Assembly: GCA_021740175.1 (NCBI GenBank)
Contig: JAIPAH010000001.1
Span: 1 to 59,687, forward strand
Origin: Bacteroidales bacterium
Lineage (GTDB): Bacteria; Bacteroidota; Bacteroidia; Bacteroidales; JAIPAH01
DNA length: 59,687 bases
Reading direction: 5' to 3'
The notes under the pieces were generated by a model. It searched no databases, was not told where the DNA came from, and saw only the letters and a list, made by a program, of their open reading frames with translations. The position numbers were made by a program, and so were the translations under genes. Below are positions 57,034 to 59,687 of this stretch, piece after piece; position 1 is the stretch's first letter; every line of letters starts with the position of its first letter.

Positions 57034-57903
57034 ATGATTATGAAATTAAAAGAATGGATCACATTTGTGTTACTTTTTATTGCAGCAAGTACATTTTCAC
57101 AAAACAACTACATGTTATTCTACGAGGCCCCTACTGGGTCCGGCTCCATGTACACCATAGCATCGCATGGAGGATTGGGAAACCACAAGGGAGCAATTAA
57201 TGGCTGGAGAAGTACCTGGTCAGATATTGAGTATTACACAGCAGGCGGTAAAAACCTGAAGTTATTCTACGAAAACTCATCCGGTTCGGCCAAAATGTAT
57301 GAAATAGACAGTGATGGTACCCTGGGAAATAAAGTAAATCAAACCAGCAGCTGGAGAAATTCGTGGACCGACATTGAATATTATAGCGTAAACGGACACG
57401 ACTTGATGTTGTTTTATCAGGGATCGACCGGTTCGGCAGCCATGTATAAACTTGCCGATAATGGTGGCCTGGAGCGAAAAATTGGTGCAACGAACAACTG
57501 GAGAAAGACCTGGACTGATATTGAATATTACCGCGCCGGCGGCAAGGATATGCTGTTGTTCTATGAAAGCTCCAAGGGCTATGCAGCTATGTACGAAATA
57601 GCCGATAATGGCGGTTTGGGTAGAAAAGTCACTGAAACAAATAACTGGAGAAAGACCTGGTCAGACATAGAGTATTACCGGGCCGGCGGTAAGGATATGC
57701 TATTGTTTTATGAAAAATCCACCGGTTCAGGTACTATGTATGAAGTCGCTAACAGCGGCGGACTAGGAAGAAAAGTGGATCAAACGGATAAATGGCGAAA
57801 CTCATGGTCGGAGATTGAATATTACTCTACCGCACACAAAGCCAAACGAAAACCCAATCCACTGAAGGAAGGATTGAGGAAAATTAAGAAAATAGGAAAT
57901 TAA
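57034..57903 (+). CDS. Secreted protein with five tandem 49-aa repeats (predicted five-bladed beta-propeller, lectin-like)
   Basis: It has a signal peptide and 5 copies of [LLFYExxxGxxxMYExxxxGGLGxKVxxTxxWRxxWxDIEYYxxGGK], followed by the basic tail AKRKPNPLKEGLRKIKKIGN. Confidence 0.72.
   Translation: MIMKLKEWITFVLLFIAASTFSQNNYMLFYEAPTGSGSMYTIASHGGLGNHKGAINGWRSTWSDIEYYTAGGKNLKLFYENSSGSAKMYEIDSDGTLGNKVNQTSSWRNSWTDIEYYSVNGHDLMLFYQGSTGSAAMYKLADNGGLERKIGATNNWRKTWTDIEYYRAGGKDMLLFYESSKGYAAMYEIADNGGLGRKVTETNNWRKTWSDIEYYRAGGKDMLLFYEKSTGSGTMYEVANSGGLGRKVDQTDKWRNSWSEIEYYSTAHKAKRKPNPLKEGLRKIKKIGN
57103..57837 (+). repeat. Five tandem 147-bp coding repeats
   Basis: Units 3 and 4 are about 85% identical at the DNA level by eye, for example AACTGGAGAAAGACCTGG...TATTACCG.GCCGGCGG.AAGGATATGCT.TTGTT.TATGAAA. 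Confidence 0.85.
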
Positions 57904-57939
57904 TAAATGGTGGATTTCCCAATCTTACTGGGTTAATAT

Positions 57940-57972
57940 GGGTCTTGGTTTCCAGGGCCCGTTTTTGTTTTT
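57940..57972 (+). terminator. Intrinsic terminator
   Basis: GGGUCUUGG - UUU - CCAGGGCCC forms a 9-bp stem with two G-U pairs, followed by GUUUUUGUUUUU. Confidence 0.78.
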
Positions 57973-58375
57973 AGAAAGCGTCATTCTACGTGGCAAGTGT
58001 TGTTAATCTTTATTTTTACATAAAAATATTTCGGGTTTGTATAGTACCTGAAAATATCATATCCAAAAATCTATTGTTAACTGTCACTTTTCTTTTTCGG
58101 ACATGGACGCCTAACGGCCAATTATCGACTTGGTTCGGGATTCCGAAAGGCCCTCCAAAAAGGTAACTATTTACCGTTAAAGTAACTTGGTAAAGTCCAA
58201 TTAAAAAACAAAAATCTCTGATATTCAGCAACTTCTATTCAGGGAATTTAAGAGTAAAAGTTGCTTAATATCCTATTATGATATGAAATCCGTTACCGTA
58301 ACTCAAGGCGTAGAACGAAGCGGCAAAAGGAATTAAAATGAAAATAGACAGATTTAGAATCAAAAAGACCCTGAT

Positions 58376-58405
58376 GAAAAGGGGAGGTTTGTAACCTCCT
58401 TTTGT
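58376..58405. terminator. Bidirectional terminator-like hairpin
   Basis: GGAGGTT (58383-58389) - TGT - AACCTCC (58393-58399), flanked by an A-run upstream and TTTTG downstream. Confidence 0.55.
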
Positions 58406-58607
58406 GAGTTTAGTTACCGCGTGTCTTTGAAGTGCGGCAATATTCCTGGCGTCTGTAACGTCCATATTGGGGCTTGAGCGCTGTAAAAAAATCAACGTCT
58501 TGCCAGGGCGCCATAGACGCCAGAATCATCCGTACGCGAAAAACTTGCGCGTGAGCTTGAATTACGGCAGCGTCCGATAAAAGAGAACCGGAATCACCAT
58601 AATTGAT

Positions 58608-59687
58608 CTACTTCAATTCCACTATCACCGGATAGGTTCCGACCTTGATGCTGTATCGGTTCCCTCCTTTTGAGGTATAAGGAATGGGTTCCTCTACGGC
58701 ATTGGGCAGAAACGCTCTCTTTATCTTTCGCCGGGTTGTGAAGGTGATTTCTTTTCTTAGCTGAGGCCGGTGTTTTTCGGGCAGCCATAAGACTAAATAA
58801 GATGGGGTTTCCGATGAGTCTTTGAAATGGTATATCCAGGCTCCGGAATTATTTTCGCTAATATCGTACAGAAACTTATCACCGACTTCCAGGATGAGAG
58901 ATTTGACGGCATGCCATGATTTTTTAGGCTTCAGACCGTTTTGAGGCGAGGTGAGCAATCCCGAGCGTGTAAAGCGGTGCGAGGGCTTGTCCTCATCCGA
59001 GAAAAAATACCAGAAAACCTTCTCTACATTCAGCCGGTAAAACATCAGCAATGCCCTTATTGCATAAGCCGCCTGGGCTTCTTCGGTAACGCATTCGTTA
59101 TGGGTGCAATCCATTGCTCCTGAAGAAGCGTCCCAGCCCCATTCTGTAATATGGACCGGTTTCCCCGGCATGTTGCTGTTGCGGAATTTGAGCATGTTGA
59201 GAATCCCCCGCATTTCTGATTCGGGGTGTTCCGGGTGTACGGCCACAGCTTCTCCCCGGTCATTATTGGTAAAGCTGTATAAATGGGTGTTCAGTGCGTC
59301 TATCCGCTCCTTCATCCCGGCATTTAACCAATCCCCGGCATAATTATCAAGATGAGGACGTTGTTTATTGGCCGATAGCGCGCAGGGTAAAACGGTCATA
59401 CGGGGAGAAGATTCCTTCAATCCCCGGCTCATACCATTAAATATTTTTTTATAGAATTGCGGCCCGTATTTCCACGGTTCATTCCCGATTTCAGCAGCTT
59501 CCACTAGCATAGGATTATTCGAGCCGAAATATTGTCCGTATGCTTTACCGTAATTATAAGCCGACTCAACCGGGGTATTCCACACTTCAGGAGAGAAGGA
59601 TTCCGGAATTTGTAAGGTGGTCTGGATAGAAAATCCCTTATCCCAAACGGGCTTATATTCCCGGTCCCAATCCAGCCACTTTTGTTT
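58608..59687 (-). CDS. Clan GH-A (beta/alpha)8-barrel glycoside hydrolase, partial (N-terminus beyond the window)
   Basis: AAEIGNEPW (acid/base Glu) and VHITEWGWD (nucleophile Glu). The frame stays open from 59585 to the window edge at 59687, so the GTG start in the ORF track is not the real start. Confidence 0.72.
   Translation of the reverse strand, partial: KQKWLDWDREYKPVWDKGFSIQTTLQIPESFSPEVWNTPVESAYNYGKAYGQYFGSNNPMLVEAAEIGNEPWKYGPQFYKKIFNGMSRGLKESSPRMTVLPCALSANKQRPHLDNYAGDWLNAGMKERIDALNTHLYSFTNNDRGEAVAVHPEHPESEMRGILNMLKFRNSNMPGKPVHITEWGWDASSGAMDCTHNECVTEEAQAAYAIRALLMFYRLNVEKVFWYFFSDEDKPSHRFTRSGLLTSPQNGLKPKKSWHAVKSLILEVGDKFLYDISENNSGAWIYHFKDSSETPSYLVLWLPEKHRPQLRKEITFTTRRKIKRAFLPNAVEEPIPYTSKGGNRYSIKVGTYPVIVELK

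Noticed and set aside
58265-58495. A 76-aa minus-strand ORF with a hydrophobic tail.
   Set aside because: It uses a TTG start, and the strong bidirectional terminator-like hairpin (58383-58399) lies inside it. It may be a remnant, but I cannot support it as a gene.
1-59687. A search for tRNA, rRNA, tmRNA, RNase P RNA, integrase or transposase genes.
   Set aside because: I found no T-loop/acceptor-stem pattern, no conserved rRNA or RNase P blocks, and no DDE or tyrosine-recombinase motifs on either strand.

Overview
This 59.7-kb chromosomal segment reads as an anaerobic member of the Bacteroidota, based on a SusC/SusD pair, T9SS C-terminal sorting tails and Cys-lipobox signal peptides. It falls into five blocks. 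(1) 177-6577, minus strand: a rex-hypF-hypC-hypD-hypE-hypA-hypB [NiFe]-hydrogenase maturation operon. (2) 6804-20196, plus strand: a 20-gene, translationally coupled cluster for a group 4 membrane-bound [NiFe] hydrogenase joined to a full Mrp-type antiporter module. Unusually, it is headed by a HydB/HydG (AsrA/AsrB)-like NAD(P)H/FAD iron-sulfur pair and preceded by a near-consensus Rex operator. It ends with a HycI-like protease, a small zinc-ribbon protein and a putative Ni transporter. (3) 20.2-34.4 kb: an accessory mosaic with hicBA and mazEF-like toxin-antitoxin pairs, an AT-rich type II restriction-modification pair, assorted redox enzymes, lipoproteins, a ricin-type lectin, a decayed TonB-dependent receptor fragment and several palindromic or structured non-coding elements. 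(4) 34.6-51.1 kb, minus strand: a beta-1,3-glucan (laminarin)-type polysaccharide utilisation locus with a Y_Y_Y/LuxR regulator, GH3, SusC, SusD, a PKD protein, two GH16 enzymes and a CBM-repeat T9SS protein. (5) 51.1-59.7 kb: a thioesterase, sfsA, an FMN riboswitch with ribD-ribE-ribBA-ribH, a secreted protein with five 49-aa repeats, and a partial clan GH-A hydrolase running off the right edge. I recognised no rRNA, tRNA, CRISPR array, transposase or integrase. The best candidate for something undescribed is the hydrogenase cluster. It combines a group 3b-type NAD(P)H diaphorase pair, FHL-like traits (HycB, HycI, a cleavable large-subunit tail) and a complete Mrp module under Rex control, which suggests an NAD(P)H-coupled, ion-translocating hydrogenase. 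All functional calls come from motif recognition by eye; no database search was possible.
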